Shown piece by piece: positions 1 through 8,950 of a DNA stretch of 64,000 nt. The notes under the pieces were generated by a model. That model saw only the letters and a list, made by a program, of their open reading frames with translations, made no database searches and was not told where the DNA came from. The DNA is from Chloroflexota bacterium (GTDB taxonomy: Bacteria > Chloroflexota > Dehalococcoidia > JACPQK01): the NCBI GenBank assembly GCA_016190505.1, contig JACPQM010000043.1:9188-73187 (forward strand). Reading direction: 5' to 3'. Both the position numbers and the translations under genes were made by a program. The stretch's first letter is position 1. Each line of letters opens with the position of its first letter.

Positions 1-1
1 C

Positions 2-991
2 CACCAGCGTATGGGCGAGGTGCTGGGCCTTAATGTCAACTACAGCACCAGCCTGGACAACGGCGGCGCCAGCCAGGCGCTGGGGGTTATCCTGGCCTGC
101 CTGGCCATGGACGCGGGCCTGTGTCATACGGTGGTCTGTGGCTACGGGCGCAACGCCTGGTCCCGGACCCGGCAGGCCGCCGAGAGCCGCAAGGGGTCGC
201 TGCAACAACACGCCGGCGCTGAGGAGCAACTGCCCAGGGAGTTCGGGCCCGAGTTTGGCTACTTCGGCGCCGTGGCTACCCACGCCTTTGGCGCGCAGCG
301 CCACATGCACCTCTACGGCACCACCAAGGAGCAGATGGGGGCTGTCGCCGTCAGCTTCCGCAAGCACGCCCGGCGCACTCCCTGGGCGCAGATGAAGAAG
401 CCGCTGACCATGGAGGACTACCGGCAGGGCCGGCTCATCATCGAGCCGTTCAACGTCTACGACTGTAGCCTGCGCACGGATGCCGCGGGCGCCGTGGTGG
501 TGACCTCGGCGGAGCGCGCCCGGTCCCTCAAGCAGCCTCCAGTTTACATAAGTGGCTTCGGCAGCCACAACAACCTGCGGGGCTGGTTCTTCGACGACCA
601 CATGGTGAACACGGCTGCCCGGGCCAGCGGCCAGACCGCCTTCCGCATGGCGGGGATGTCACCCGGGGACGTGGACACCGCCCAGCTCTACGATTGCTTC
701 ACATACATGGTCATTGCCGAGCTGGAGGACTATGGCTTCTGTCCCAAGGGAGAGGGTGGGCCGTTCGTGGCCTCGGGCGCCCTGGACCTGGAGGGCGTAC
801 TGCCCACCAACACCGCCGGCGGGCAGCTCTCGGAAGGCCACGTCGAGGGAATGCTCCAGATACTGGAGGCGGTCAGGCAACTGCGCCAGAAGGAGCCGCC
901 GGGGCGGCAGGTGCCCAAGGCGGAGGTGGCCCTGGTCAGCGGCCACGGCGGCAACGCCGTGTGTCATACCACCCTTATCCTGAGGAGATAG
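2..991 (+). CDS. SCP-x-type thiolase-like protein (thiolase-fold C-terminal region); 5' end cut by window edge
   Basis: The reading frame is open from nt 2 with no upstream in-frame stop. Thiolase-like C-terminal half (…GFGSHNNLRGWFFDDHMVNTAARASGQ…CFTYMVIAELEDYGFC…). It is followed 2 nt later by the usual DUF35 partner gene. Confidence 0.75.
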   Translation, partial: HQRMGEVLGLNVNYSTSLDNGGASQALGVILACLAMDAGLCHTVVCGYGRNAWSRTRQAAESRKGSLQQHAGAEEQLPREFGPEFGYFGAVATHAFGAQRHMHLYGTTKEQMGAVAVSFRKHARRTPWAQMKKPLTMEDYRQGRLIIEPFNVYDCSLRTDAAGAVVVTSAERARSLKQPPVYISGFGSHNNLRGWFFDDHMVNTAARASGQTAFRMAGMSPGDVDTAQLYDCFTYMVIAELEDYGFCPKGEGGPFVASGALDLEGVLPTNTAGGQLSEGHVEGMLQILEAVRQLRQKEPPGRQVPKAEVALVSGHGGNAVCHTTLILRR

Positions 992-993
992 AC

Positions 994-1410
994 ATGGCCT
1001 ACAACAAGCCCCTGCCCGTGCCCTCGGCGGAGTCGAAGCCCTTCTGGGAGGGCTGCCGCCGCCACGAGCTGCTGGTGCAGCGCTGTAGGGCCTGCGGCAA
1101 GCACTGGTTGCCACCTTCGGCGCTGTGCCCGGAGTGCCTGAGCACCGAATGGGAGTGGACCAGAGCCAGCGGTAAGGGGAAGGTCTTCTCCTTCGTGGTC
1201 TATCACCGGCTGTACCACCCGGGGTTCAAGGACGAGCTGCCGTACGCGGTCGCCCTCATCGAGCTGGAGGAAGGGCCGCGCATGCTGAGCAACGTGGCGG
1301 GCGACGTCAAGGCGGTCAAGTGCGACATGCCCGTCGAGGTTTTCTTCGAAGATGCCACTGAGGAGGTATCGCTACCCAAGTTCCGGGCAGCCAGTTCTGG
1401 GAGGCCCTAG
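994..1410 (+). CDS. DUF35 OB-fold/Zn-ribbon protein (partner subunit of SCP-x thiolases)
   Basis: ATG at 994, immediately after the thiolase stop. Zn-ribbon CxxC…CxxC (CRACGKHW…CPEC) followed by an OB-fold-like tail. This is the canonical thiolase–DUF35 gene pair. Confidence 0.75.
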   Translation: MAYNKPLPVPSAESKPFWEGCRRHELLVQRCRACGKHWLPPSALCPECLSTEWEWTRASGKGKVFSFVVYHRLYHPGFKDELPYAVALIELEEGPRMLSNVAGDVKAVKCDMPVEVFFEDATEEVSLPKFRAASSGRP

Positions 1411-1752
1411 GTGGGTGATTACCTCTACCACTATACATCGCGCTACTTGGCTCAGGAGGTTGTCGTTTCTGGCAAGCTCAGACCAGGTCCCGGCAGCAAA
1501 CTCTACCTATCCCAGGACAGCTATCAGCAAGGTGCCACCGCCGCGGCCAAGTTGGCCATAGTGAACAAGCCAGTAGAGGTAGTGTTTGCGATCCCCAACG
1601 AAAGGGTCGCCAACCACAGCGCTGAAGCGTTTGTGGAGAGTATCATGGGGGTAGACGGCGCTGACATCAGGCCAGGGGGTGGCACTCAAGTGTGGACTGC
1701 CGACGACATAGAGATGACCGCGATAGCGGCCTGGGGTCTGGCGTGGCCATAA
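1411..1752 (+). CDS. hypothetical protein (113 aa), atypical composition
   Basis: GTG start directly abuts the DUF35 stop. Lower GC and non-host codons (ata, cta, tat, aca). N-terminus MGDYLYHYTS…. Confidence 0.35.
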   Translation: MGDYLYHYTSRYLAQEVVVSGKLRPGPGSKLYLSQDSYQQGATAAAKLAIVNKPVEVVFAIPNERVANHSAEAFVESIMGVDGADIRPGGGTQVWTADDIEMTAIAAWGLAWP

Positions 1753-1775
1753 GAGCGTCTAGTAAGCGGTCTCCA

Positions 1776-2231
1776 ATGGGGCGACATGAGCGCGCCGCAA
1801 CCAAGGGCCCCGTAGCCGTCTCGCGTCAGTTGGGCGACCTGATTGGCGAAGTGGTTCTAGCCTTTGCCGGAGAGCGGGACTGGGGCCCCGATTCATATGA
1901 CCTGTGGTATCAGGGAGAGCCATTGTGGTTCCTTCGACAGAGCAGTGCTGTGGGGCCTCACAAACTGCTCGTGCGGAGAGTGCAAGTTGCGGCGTTTGAT
2001 ACCGACAGGGGTATGGAGCTACAGGCGATCCCTGACGCATACCTATACGACAGCGATGCCAGGAAAGCAGAGGCCTCTGTGTCCCCGGGCACGAGGCTTG
2101 AAGGTCGGCATACTGAGTCGTTGACCCAACTAGAGCAAGGCCTTGCGCATGGTAAGCTTGAAACGGCAAGAGCCAAGTTGCGGGTGATGATTGAGGCCGC
2201 ATGGAGCGTTGCCAGCGAGCTCGAGGTCTGA
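1776..2231 (+). CDS. hypothetical protein (~152 aa)
   Basis: Internal ATG at 1776 within the ORF 1692..2231. Same low-GC patch. No recognisable domain. Confidence 0.3.
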   Translation: MGRHERAATKGPVAVSRQLGDLIGEVVLAFAGERDWGPDSYDLWYQGEPLWFLRQSSAVGPHKLLVRRVQVAAFDTDRGMELQAIPDAYLYDSDARKAEASVSPGTRLEGRHTESLTQLEQGLAHGKLETARAKLRVMIEAAWSVASELEV

Positions 2232-2310
2232 GCTTTGCGCCTACTCGGCCATCAGGGTGTTCCCACAACGTGCCCAACCAGGAGTATCGCAAGTGCTGAA
2301 AGAAGAGACC

Positions 2311-4551
2311 ATGCAGGTTGACCCCATAAAGTACGAGATGTTCCTCCACCGCCTGTGGGCCATAGGCGAGGAGGGACGGATGACCATCCAGCGGGTGTCC
2401 GCCTCTCCCATCGTAGCCCAGGGGGGAGAGTGCATCAGCGGCTTCTATGACCCCCAGGGCACCCAGGTGCTGTCGTGCTCGGGCCACCTGCGCTTCGCCG
2501 GCGCTACCTCCATGGCCGTCAAGAAGATTATCGAGCTCTTCTCGGAGAACCCGGGCATCCGCGACGGCGACCAGTTCTTCCAGAACGACCCCTATGTGGC
2601 CGGCGCCCACGTCTATGACCGTCTGGTGATCAAGCCGATCTTTTACCGGGGCCGCCTGCTGGCCTGGGTGGCCACCGGCATTCACACCGCCGATACCGGC
2701 GGGGTGCTCCGGGGGGCGGCCACCCAGATCCACGAGGAGGGCGTGCGCCTGGCGGGGCTCAAGGTGGTGGAGGACGGGCGGCTGCGGGAGGACACCTTCC
2801 GAGCGATTGTGGACCAGTGTCGGGACCCCGGCTACGTGGCTCTGGACCTCAATAGCTGCATCGCGGCCAACAACGTATGCGCCCGGCGGTATCTCCAGAT
2901 TGTCGAGAAGTACGGCGCCGAGTTTGTCGAGGCCGCCGGCACCAAGACTATCCAGGACTCCGAGGCCATGGCCCGGGCCAAGCTGGAGGCCATGCCCAAC
3001 GGGACCTGGGCCGCCCGCCACTACGGCGTCGCCCGGGACAAGGAGACCGGCGAGGCCATCCCCTTCCAGGTAGTGTGTACCATGACCAAACAGGGGGACG
3101 AGCTTACCCTCGACTTTACCGGCACCAGCCGGGAGATGGCGGGCACTACCATGAACTCGACCCTCCCCTGCACCGTGGCCCAGGTGTCGGTGGCCCTCAC
3201 CGCGACCCTGTTCTGGGATATCCCCTGGTGCGATGGCAAGCTGGCCCCGGTGAAGTTCATCGCCCCGGAAGGCTCCATCATCAACTGCCGCTTCCCGGCG
3301 GCCACTGGCGGCGCACCCGAGGTGGGCCAGCAGCTCCTGCCCGCCATCTGCGAGTGCGTAGCCAAGATGCTCTACGCTGCCGGGCGCTACCAGGACGTGG
3401 CAGCATCGCTCCATGCCCGGTGGTACTCCGGGGGGCCCGGCGCCTTCTACGGGGGTCACGGTCGCCAGGGGATACCGGTGCCCCAGGGGATATATGATAG
3501 CCACGGCGCGGGCTTCGGCGCCAAGCCGGACCAGGACGGGGTCAATACCGCCGGTCGCATGCACATCCCATCGGGCGGCATCGCCGACGTGGAACGCACC
3601 GAGATGCACTACCCGATCGTTTACTTCACCCGCAACCATTGCACCGACGGCGGCGGCTGCGGGAAGTTCTCCGGCGGCGCCGGCAGCTACCGCATATACA
3701 TGGTCTACGGCTCCCAGGACCTCAGTGTGGACTACAAGCCCTATGGCGGAGTGCCCGAAGGGGGCTACGGGCTGTTCGGCGGCCAGCCGTCCGGCACCGG
3801 CGGCGTCCGGGCGCTCTTCAAATGCCCCGACGTCATGAAGAAACTGCAGGCTGGAGACTACCCGACCACCACCGACGAGCTGGAGGCAAGCTGGGGCCAG
3901 GCAGTGGTGTCCAAAGGCGGCCCGACCCGCATACCCCTGCCAGAGTTCAGCCTGGTGGCTGATTTCGTGAGCGGCGGCGGGGGCTATGGCGACCCGCTGG
4001 AGCGCGACCCACACAAAGTGGTGCGCGAGCTCCGGGATGGCCTGGTGTCCGCCCACGCGGCCGCCAACTACTACGGTGTGGCCCTGCACCCTGACGGGCG
4101 GAACCCGGACGAAAGCGCGACTCAGCGGCGGCGGCAGGCGCTGCGCCAGGAACGGCTGGCCCAGGGCAAGCCGCACAGTGGCAGCACCTCGTCGGTCCCG
4201 CGGGGACGACCAACGCGCTCGCTGTTGAAGTTCCACGAGTACCTGGCCATCGCGGCAGACGGTGGTGCTCTCCTGGTCTGTTGTCGCTGCGGGCACGTCC
4301 TTTGCCAGGCCGGCGAGAACTATAAGGACTACGCGCTCCGGCGGCAGAGGGACATCGAGGAGCTTACCGGCCGCCGGCTACCCCACGGCCAACCATATCT
4401 GGCTGTCTGGCAGGAGTATATCTGTCCGGGCTGTGCCACACTTCTCCAGGTGGACGTGTGGTGTCCGTCGCTGGGAGACGGGGCGCCGCTGTGGGACACC
4501 CGCCTGGACCTGGGTAAGACTGTAAGCGCGTCGCGTGGGAAAGGGGGCTAA
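2311..4551 (+). CDS. hydantoinase B / acetone-carboxylase alpha-like (HyuB family) with C-terminal Cys-rich Zn-ribbon extension
   Basis: N-terminus MQVDPIKYEMF…IGEEG is typical of the HyuB/oxoprolinase-B family. The C-terminal CCRCGH…CPGC Zn-ribbon extension is of the acetone/acetophenone carboxylase alpha type. An alternative GTG at 2293 lies 9 nt after an AGGAG. Confidence 0.8.
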   Translation: MQVDPIKYEMFLHRLWAIGEEGRMTIQRVSASPIVAQGGECISGFYDPQGTQVLSCSGHLRFAGATSMAVKKIIELFSENPGIRDGDQFFQNDPYVAGAHVYDRLVIKPIFYRGRLLAWVATGIHTADTGGVLRGAATQIHEEGVRLAGLKVVEDGRLREDTFRAIVDQCRDPGYVALDLNSCIAANNVCARRYLQIVEKYGAEFVEAAGTKTIQDSEAMARAKLEAMPNGTWAARHYGVARDKETGEAIPFQVVCTMTKQGDELTLDFTGTSREMAGTTMNSTLPCTVAQVSVALTATLFWDIPWCDGKLAPVKFIAPEGSIINCRFPAATGGAPEVGQQLLPAICECVAKMLYAAGRYQDVAASLHARWYSGGPGAFYGGHGRQGIPVPQGIYDSHGAGFGAKPDQDGVNTAGRMHIPSGGIADVERTEMHYPIVYFTRNHCTDGGGCGKFSGGAGSYRIYMVYGSQDLSVDYKPYGGVPEGGYGLFGGQPSGTGGVRALFKCPDVMKKLQAGDYPTTTDELEASWGQAVVSKGGPTRIPLPEFSLVADFVSGGGGYGDPLERDPHKVVRELRDGLVSAHAAANYYGVALHPDGRNPDESATQRRRQALRQERLAQGKPHSGSTSSVPRGRPTRSLLKFHEYLAIAADGGALLVCCRCGHVLCQAGENYKDYALRRQRDIEELTGRRLPHGQPYLAVWQEYICPGCATLLQVDVWCPSLGDGAPLWDTRLDLGKTVSASRGKGG

Positions 4552-4552
4552 C

Positions 4553-5734
4553 GTGACCAAGGCTCTGGAAGGCATCACTGTCCTGGAGGTGGCCTCCTAT
4601 GTCACCGGCCCTTACGCCGGCGCACTCTTGGGCGACCTGGGGGCGGAGGTCATCAAGATCGAGTCGCCGCCCCACGGCGACCCCCACCGGGGCCATGGCC
4701 GGGACGAGGCACTCTACCACCCCAACTTCAGGGCGCTGAATCGCAACAAGAAGAGCCTCACTCTGAACCTGCGTGACCCCGAAGGCAAGCACATCCTGAT
4801 GCGTCTGATCAGGAAGGCGGACGTGCTCATCGAGAACTTCCGGCCGGGGGCCATGGACCGGCTGGGGCTGGGCTACAACGACCTGCGCCAGCTCAATCCC
4901 AGGCTCGTCTATTGCTCCATCTCCGGCTACGGGCAGAGCGGCCCGTACCGGGACAAGCCCGGATACGACACCATGGGGCAGGCCTTCAGCGGCATGCTCA
5001 GCCTGCTCACCGACGTGAGCGACCCCAAGCCTGTGGGCGTCTCCGTGTCCGACCACGTGACCGCCGTCTTTGCCGCCTACGGCATTCTGGCCGCTCTCTT
5101 GGCCCGAGAGCGGACGGGCCAGGGGCAACAGGTGGAGACTTCGTTGCTCCAGGCCACCACGTCTTTCATCGAGTCATACGCCACCAGCTACCTGAGCGAT
5201 GGCGAGGTTGCCTCCCGCGAGAGCCGTACCCGGACGGTACCCATCTGGTCCTTCGTTTGTGGTGACGGGCAGCCTCTGGTGATACACCTTTCGGCGCCGC
5301 CCAAGTTCTGGGAGGGCCTGGCCAAGGCGGTTGAGCGTCCCGATCTGATCACGGACCCCCGGTTCAAGGAGCGCCGCTTGCGCTGGGAGAATCACGCCGA
5401 GCTTACCCGCATCCTGGAGCAGGAGTTCCGCAAGAAGCCGCGGGACTACTGGCTCAAAGCTCTGGAAGAGCAAGACGTGCCCAGCGCCCCGATCTACACC
5501 ATAGACCAGGTGTTCCAGGACCCCCAGGTCAAGCACCTGGGCATCCCGGTAGAGGTGAAACATCCCAAGATGGGGCCCAACCGGTTTGTGGGCAGCGCCG
5601 TTAACCTCTCGGGCACGCCGGCTGTGATGGCCCTGGCGGCGCCGATGGTGGGCGAACATACCGAGGAGATTCTCGGTAGCCTGGACTGCACGCCGGAAGC
5701 CATCAAGGCCCTCCGGGCGAAGGGCGCTGTCTAG
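4553..5734 (+). CDS. family III CoA-transferase (CaiB/BaiF/formyl-CoA transferase-like)
   Basis: GTG at 4553 follows a GGGGG SD and gives the typical N-terminus MTKALEGITVLEV…GPYAG. An alternative in-frame GTG at 4535 overlaps the upstream stop. Conserved family III core. Confidence 0.85.
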   Translation: MTKALEGITVLEVASYVTGPYAGALLGDLGAEVIKIESPPHGDPHRGHGRDEALYHPNFRALNRNKKSLTLNLRDPEGKHILMRLIRKADVLIENFRPGAMDRLGLGYNDLRQLNPRLVYCSISGYGQSGPYRDKPGYDTMGQAFSGMLSLLTDVSDPKPVGVSVSDHVTAVFAAYGILAALLARERTGQGQQVETSLLQATTSFIESYATSYLSDGEVASRESRTRTVPIWSFVCGDGQPLVIHLSAPPKFWEGLAKAVERPDLITDPRFKERRLRWENHAELTRILEQEFRKKPRDYWLKALEEQDVPSAPIYTIDQVFQDPQVKHLGIPVEVKHPKMGPNRFVGSAVNLSGTPAVMALAAPMVGEHTEEILGSLDCTPEAIKALRAKGAV

Positions 5735-5812
5735 CCAGCGGCGCCGTGGGGCGCTATACTGCCTAACGTCGAGGAGCAGTGAGGGTGCTGCGTTGCCCGG
5801 GGGGGCAAGAAT

Positions 5813-5886
5813 GGGGACCCCTTTCGAGGGGGTTCGGGGGTTTCCCCCGAATCTAATCCCCCCTCTCCTATGCCTAGGAGAGGGGG
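5813..5886. terminator. cluster of three GC-rich hairpins after the CoA-transferase gene, including a 12-bp perfect stem cccctctccta/taggagagggg
   Basis: Inverted repeats are seen directly in the sequence. There is no U-tract, so this may be an intrinsic terminator or a leader RNA structure. Confidence 0.4.
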
Positions 5887-5948
5887 TCAGGGAGTGAGGT
5901 CGCATAACGGCGACAACCGTTGGTACTGAGGAGTATGCAGGAGGTAAC

Positions 5949-6791
5949 ATGCCAGGCATAGGCGCCATAGACATCCTGAACCACTTCTACACCCCGGCGT
6001 CCAAGGCCCGGCGGGACGCCGTGGCCCACGAAGAGCTGGTCTGCCGCATGGAGACCGCCCTGGGCGGGTTCCCGGCGCACTCACCTGAGAAATGGCTGGA
6101 GCTTATGGACGAGGCCGGTGTGGACAAGACGTTCTTCGCCCAGACCGCGGCCTTCTCCTACTTCCAGCGCCGGCTCTACGGGCAGACCACTATAGACGAG
6201 ATCTATGCCGCCACCAAGGTGGCGCCAGGGCGGTTCGTGGGCATTGCCAGCTACAACCCCTTCCGGATCAAGGACAGCCTCCACGACATAGACCGGGCGG
6301 TGCAGGACTGCGGGTTCAAGGGGGTGTTCGTCCACATTTACGGCTTCGACATCCCGCTGGACGACCGCAAGATGTACCCCCTGTACGCCAAGTGCCAGGA
6401 GCTGGGCGTGCCGGTCATCATGCAGGTGGGCTACGTGCTGGAGGCCATGCCCAGCGAGCACGGGCGTCCCATTTACCTGGACCGCATCGCCCTGGACTTC
6501 CCCGAGTGCAAGCTGGTGGGCGCCCATACCGGCTATCCCTGGTGCGAGGAGCTTATCTCCATCTGCTACAAGTATGACAACGTCTACCTGGGGGCCGATG
6601 CCCACATGCCGCGCTACTGGGAGCCCACTGTGGTGCGCTTCATCAACTCTCGGGGCGCCGACAAGTGCCTGTGGGGCACCAACGGCCTTGACTTCAAGCG
6701 CATGCTTACCCAGATTGACGCCCTGGAGCTGAAGGAGGAGAACAAGCGCAAGCTCCTGCGAGACAACGCCATCAAAGTCTTCAAGCTGTAG
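5949..6791 (+). CDS. amidohydrolase-2 family metal-dependent hydrolase/decarboxylase (ACMSD-like TIM barrel)
   Basis: AGGAGG SD before ATG 5949. Amidohydro_2-like sequence (…KGVFVHIYGFD…VIMQVGY…GAHTGYPW…). Confidence 0.7.
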   Translation: MPGIGAIDILNHFYTPASKARRDAVAHEELVCRMETALGGFPAHSPEKWLELMDEAGVDKTFFAQTAAFSYFQRRLYGQTTIDEIYAATKVAPGRFVGIASYNPFRIKDSLHDIDRAVQDCGFKGVFVHIYGFDIPLDDRKMYPLYAKCQELGVPVIMQVGYVLEAMPSEHGRPIYLDRIALDFPECKLVGAHTGYPWCEELISICYKYDNVYLGADAHMPRYWEPTVVRFINSRGADKCLWGTNGLDFKRMLTQIDALELKEENKRKLLRDNAIKVFKL

Positions 6792-6836
6792 GGGCGGGCC
6801 CCTGTGCCCGCCCAGGGGCGGGCGGGAGGCCCGCCC
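6792..6836. terminator. GC-rich stem-loops (gggcggg/cccgccc) immediately after the amidohydrolase stop
   Basis: Two overlapping inverted repeats seen in the sequence. Confidence 0.4.
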
Positions 6837-6873
6837 TCACGCCTGTAACGCTGGACTTAGGAAAGGAGAAAGG

Positions 6874-7878
6874 ATGCCCAACTTCTATGACCAGTGGTTG
6901 AACTACTGGACCGAGGAGCAGGAGGAGCGGGCCAAGGCACGCAAGTGGATCCACGAGGAAGAGCGCCAGTGGGTCCGCACCCGCCAGGACTACAAGACCG
7001 CCCTGCTGTGCAGCCGGGAAAACGGCTTCGCCACCGCTGGCGCGGCCACCATATCCATTATCCCCCCGGGGTGGCACAGTGGCGCCCATAGCCACGGGGA
7101 GGAGGCAATCTGGGTTCTGTCAGGGAAGGGGTTCACCCTGATGGACGGCGCGCGCTACGACTGGGAGAAGGGTAGCTGCGTGTTCATGCCTTTCGGCTCC
7201 ATCCACCAGCACTTCAACGACGGCGACGAGGAAGTCCAGTACCTCTCATTCACCCAGTTGGCGCTGGAGCGGTTCGCGGGCATGGCCAAGTTCACCCAGT
7301 TCGAGGATGTCGGCCAGACCGCTCGCGGTGAGCCGAGAGGCATCGCCATGGCCGAGACCGACGTCCATCCTGAGTACGGTCGCATAGTGCTGCACTTCAA
7401 GGACGCCCCCTCGTCCGTAGGTGAGGACCAGGCCATACGCATGGCCAAGAGGACGGACGAGTTTGCCCAGACGGTGGCCAAGGAGATGAGGACCCCCGGT
7501 AGCCAGGGGCACCGCTCCCGCGTCATCCAGTTCATGGGCGATCCGGAGAACGGGTTCAAGGCCCGAGAGGTGGAGATCACCGGCATCCTGTGCGACGAGC
7601 CGGGCAAGCACTCTGGGAGGCATGCCCACATGGAGGCCCTGCTCTACGTTCTTCAAGGCGAGGGCTACTCCATAGTGGACGAGGAGAAGGTCCCCTGGAA
7701 GCAGGGCACCCTGTTCCACGTGCCTGGCCCGCAGTCAGTCCACCAGCACTTCAACACCAGCAAAGTGGAGGCGCAGCACCTGCGCATTCACTACGGCCTG
7801 CGGTCCCACGTCTTCCAGCCCATCGCCAGGCGGGTGTTCCCCTACAAGTACTACGAGTTCGGCCAGTACCAGTCGTAA
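6874..7878 (+). CDS. bicupin ring-cleavage dioxygenase (gentisate 1,2-dioxygenase-like)
   Basis: AAAGGAGAAAGG SD. Two cupin halves, each with His-rich metal motifs (GWHSGAHSHGEE… and …GRHAHMEALLYVLQGEGY). Confidence 0.7.
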   Translation: MPNFYDQWLNYWTEEQEERAKARKWIHEEERQWVRTRQDYKTALLCSRENGFATAGAATISIIPPGWHSGAHSHGEEAIWVLSGKGFTLMDGARYDWEKGSCVFMPFGSIHQHFNDGDEEVQYLSFTQLALERFAGMAKFTQFEDVGQTARGEPRGIAMAETDVHPEYGRIVLHFKDAPSSVGEDQAIRMAKRTDEFAQTVAKEMRTPGSQGHRSRVIQFMGDPENGFKAREVEITGILCDEPGKHSGRHAHMEALLYVLQGEGYSIVDEEKVPWKQGTLFHVPGPQSVHQHFNTSKVEAQHLRIHYGLRSHVFQPIARRVFPYKYYEFGQYQS

Positions 7879-7900
7879 GGTCCCACGGTCCAAAAAAGTG

Positions 7901-7928
7901 GGGGCGCCCCGATCCATCGGGGCGCCCC
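7901..7928. terminator. hairpin ggggcgccccg-N6-cggggcgcccc after the bicupin gene
   Basis: 11-bp perfect inverted repeat 23 nt after the stop. Confidence 0.45.
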
Positions 7929-8018
7929 TACGATTTCGCGCCTCGGGCCTCCCCGAATCTCGGCGTTCCCACCCAGTGCTGCTTGCTAACGCGAGTTCGA
8001 CAGGCACTGACCCGTCGC

Positions 8019-8444
8019 GACCCAATGTAGAGCCATGAACCGCGTTGTTGCCCGTAGGGGCCCCGACGCGTCGGGGTGCCCGCCCCGGTGGGGTGCGGGG
8101 AACACGTTGTTCACGCCGTACGAGACGCGGCAAGGGCGAGCGGCGTTTTCGTAGCTTGAGTTCAGCAGCTTGGTTCATTGAAAGGACCCCGACGCATCGG
8201 GGGAGGAAGCAATCTAATGACGGCGCGATGGGTCCCGACATGTCGTGACTACGCTGCGCTTTCAATGAACCGACCGTCCCGTCATTGCGAGCCGCAGCGA
8301 AGCAATCTCCGGCCTGTGTGCGCATCATAAGGTTGCTTCGTCGTCCTTCGCCGGAAGGACTCCTCGCAATGACGACACATGGCTTCGTCGCTGTGCTCAT
8401 TTCAACGAAACGCGCCATCTCGGTTCATTGCTCTACATTGGGTC
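8019..8444. repeat. MITE-like element bounded by 23-bp terminal inverted repeats (gacccaatgtagagccatgaacc … ggttcattgctctacattgggtc), with internal nested palindromes
   Basis: The TIRs match at 22 of 23 positions. The interior carries the motifs ggttcattg/caatgaacc and gtcattgcgag…ctcgcaatgac. Confidence 0.45.
8281..8373. repeat. palindromic repeat unit gtcattgcgag-gcgaagcaa…ttgcttcg-ctcgcaatgac (copy 1)
   Basis: A near-identical unit occurs at ~47266-47345. Confidence 0.5.
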
Positions 8445-8948
8445 CCGATGCCTCGGGGCTGAGTACCCCGCCAGCCGCTCCCTCAGCACCTGGAGGTTCG
8501 TCACGTCTTCCCGGTTGTATTGAAGCAGCGTAGCCAGCGCTTCAGGGTCGCCGTGCCTTTGGTACCGTCGCCACAGCACCACTGCGTCCCACCCGCTGAT
8601 GCCCTGCAACTGGCGGGGAATGCCCAGTTGCTGCTCCACCGCCTTGAAACCGCCCTTCAGGTTGCAGCGCCAGCAGTCGTACATCAGGTCATGGTGGCCG
8701 GCGACAGTCTCCAGGTCAATGCCCAGGGAGCCATGGATGAAGGGCAGGTCAAACCGGCTGCCGTTGTAGGTATAAACCGTCTGCACATCACGCAATGCCT
8801 GAAGCAGGCTATGCCTGGTGACCTCTCTGCCCACCAGTTGCACCAGCCTGCTGTCACTGCCATTGACCAGGTAGATGCCGATGACGGTTATCTCCGCATA
8901 AGAGCAGGACAGTCCAGTGGTCTCGATGTCAAGGTAAGCGTCTGCCAA
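8433..8948 (-). CDS. RNase-H-like 3'-5' exonuclease domain protein (YprB/DEDD-like)
   Basis: DIETTGL acidic motif near the N-terminus plus YNGSRFD…H-DLMYD motifs. Low-GC segment. 2-nt gap to the upstream GIY-YIG gene. The last 4 codons and the stop (8433-8444) lie inside a repeat-element terminal inverted repeat. Confidence 0.6.
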   Translation of the reverse strand: MADAYLDIETTGLSCSYAEITVIGIYLVNGSDSRLVQLVGREVTRHSLLQALRDVQTVYTYNGSRFDLPFIHGSLGIDLETVAGHHDLMYDCWRCNLKGGFKAVEQQLGIPRQLQGISGWDAVVLWRRYQRHGDPEALATLLQYNREDVTNLQVLRERLAGYSAPRHRDPM

Positions 8949-8950
8949 GA

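Noticed and set aside
1759-4296. 845-aa minus-strand ORF
   Set aside because: Antisense to the well-supported HyuB-like gene. Gly/Ala/Arg/Pro-rich low-complexity translation typical of high-GC antisense frames. No RBS.
7879-8470. CRISPR array?
   Set aside because: The repeats are palindromic and heterogeneous, not regularly spaced. There are no spacer-like unique segments and no cas genes.
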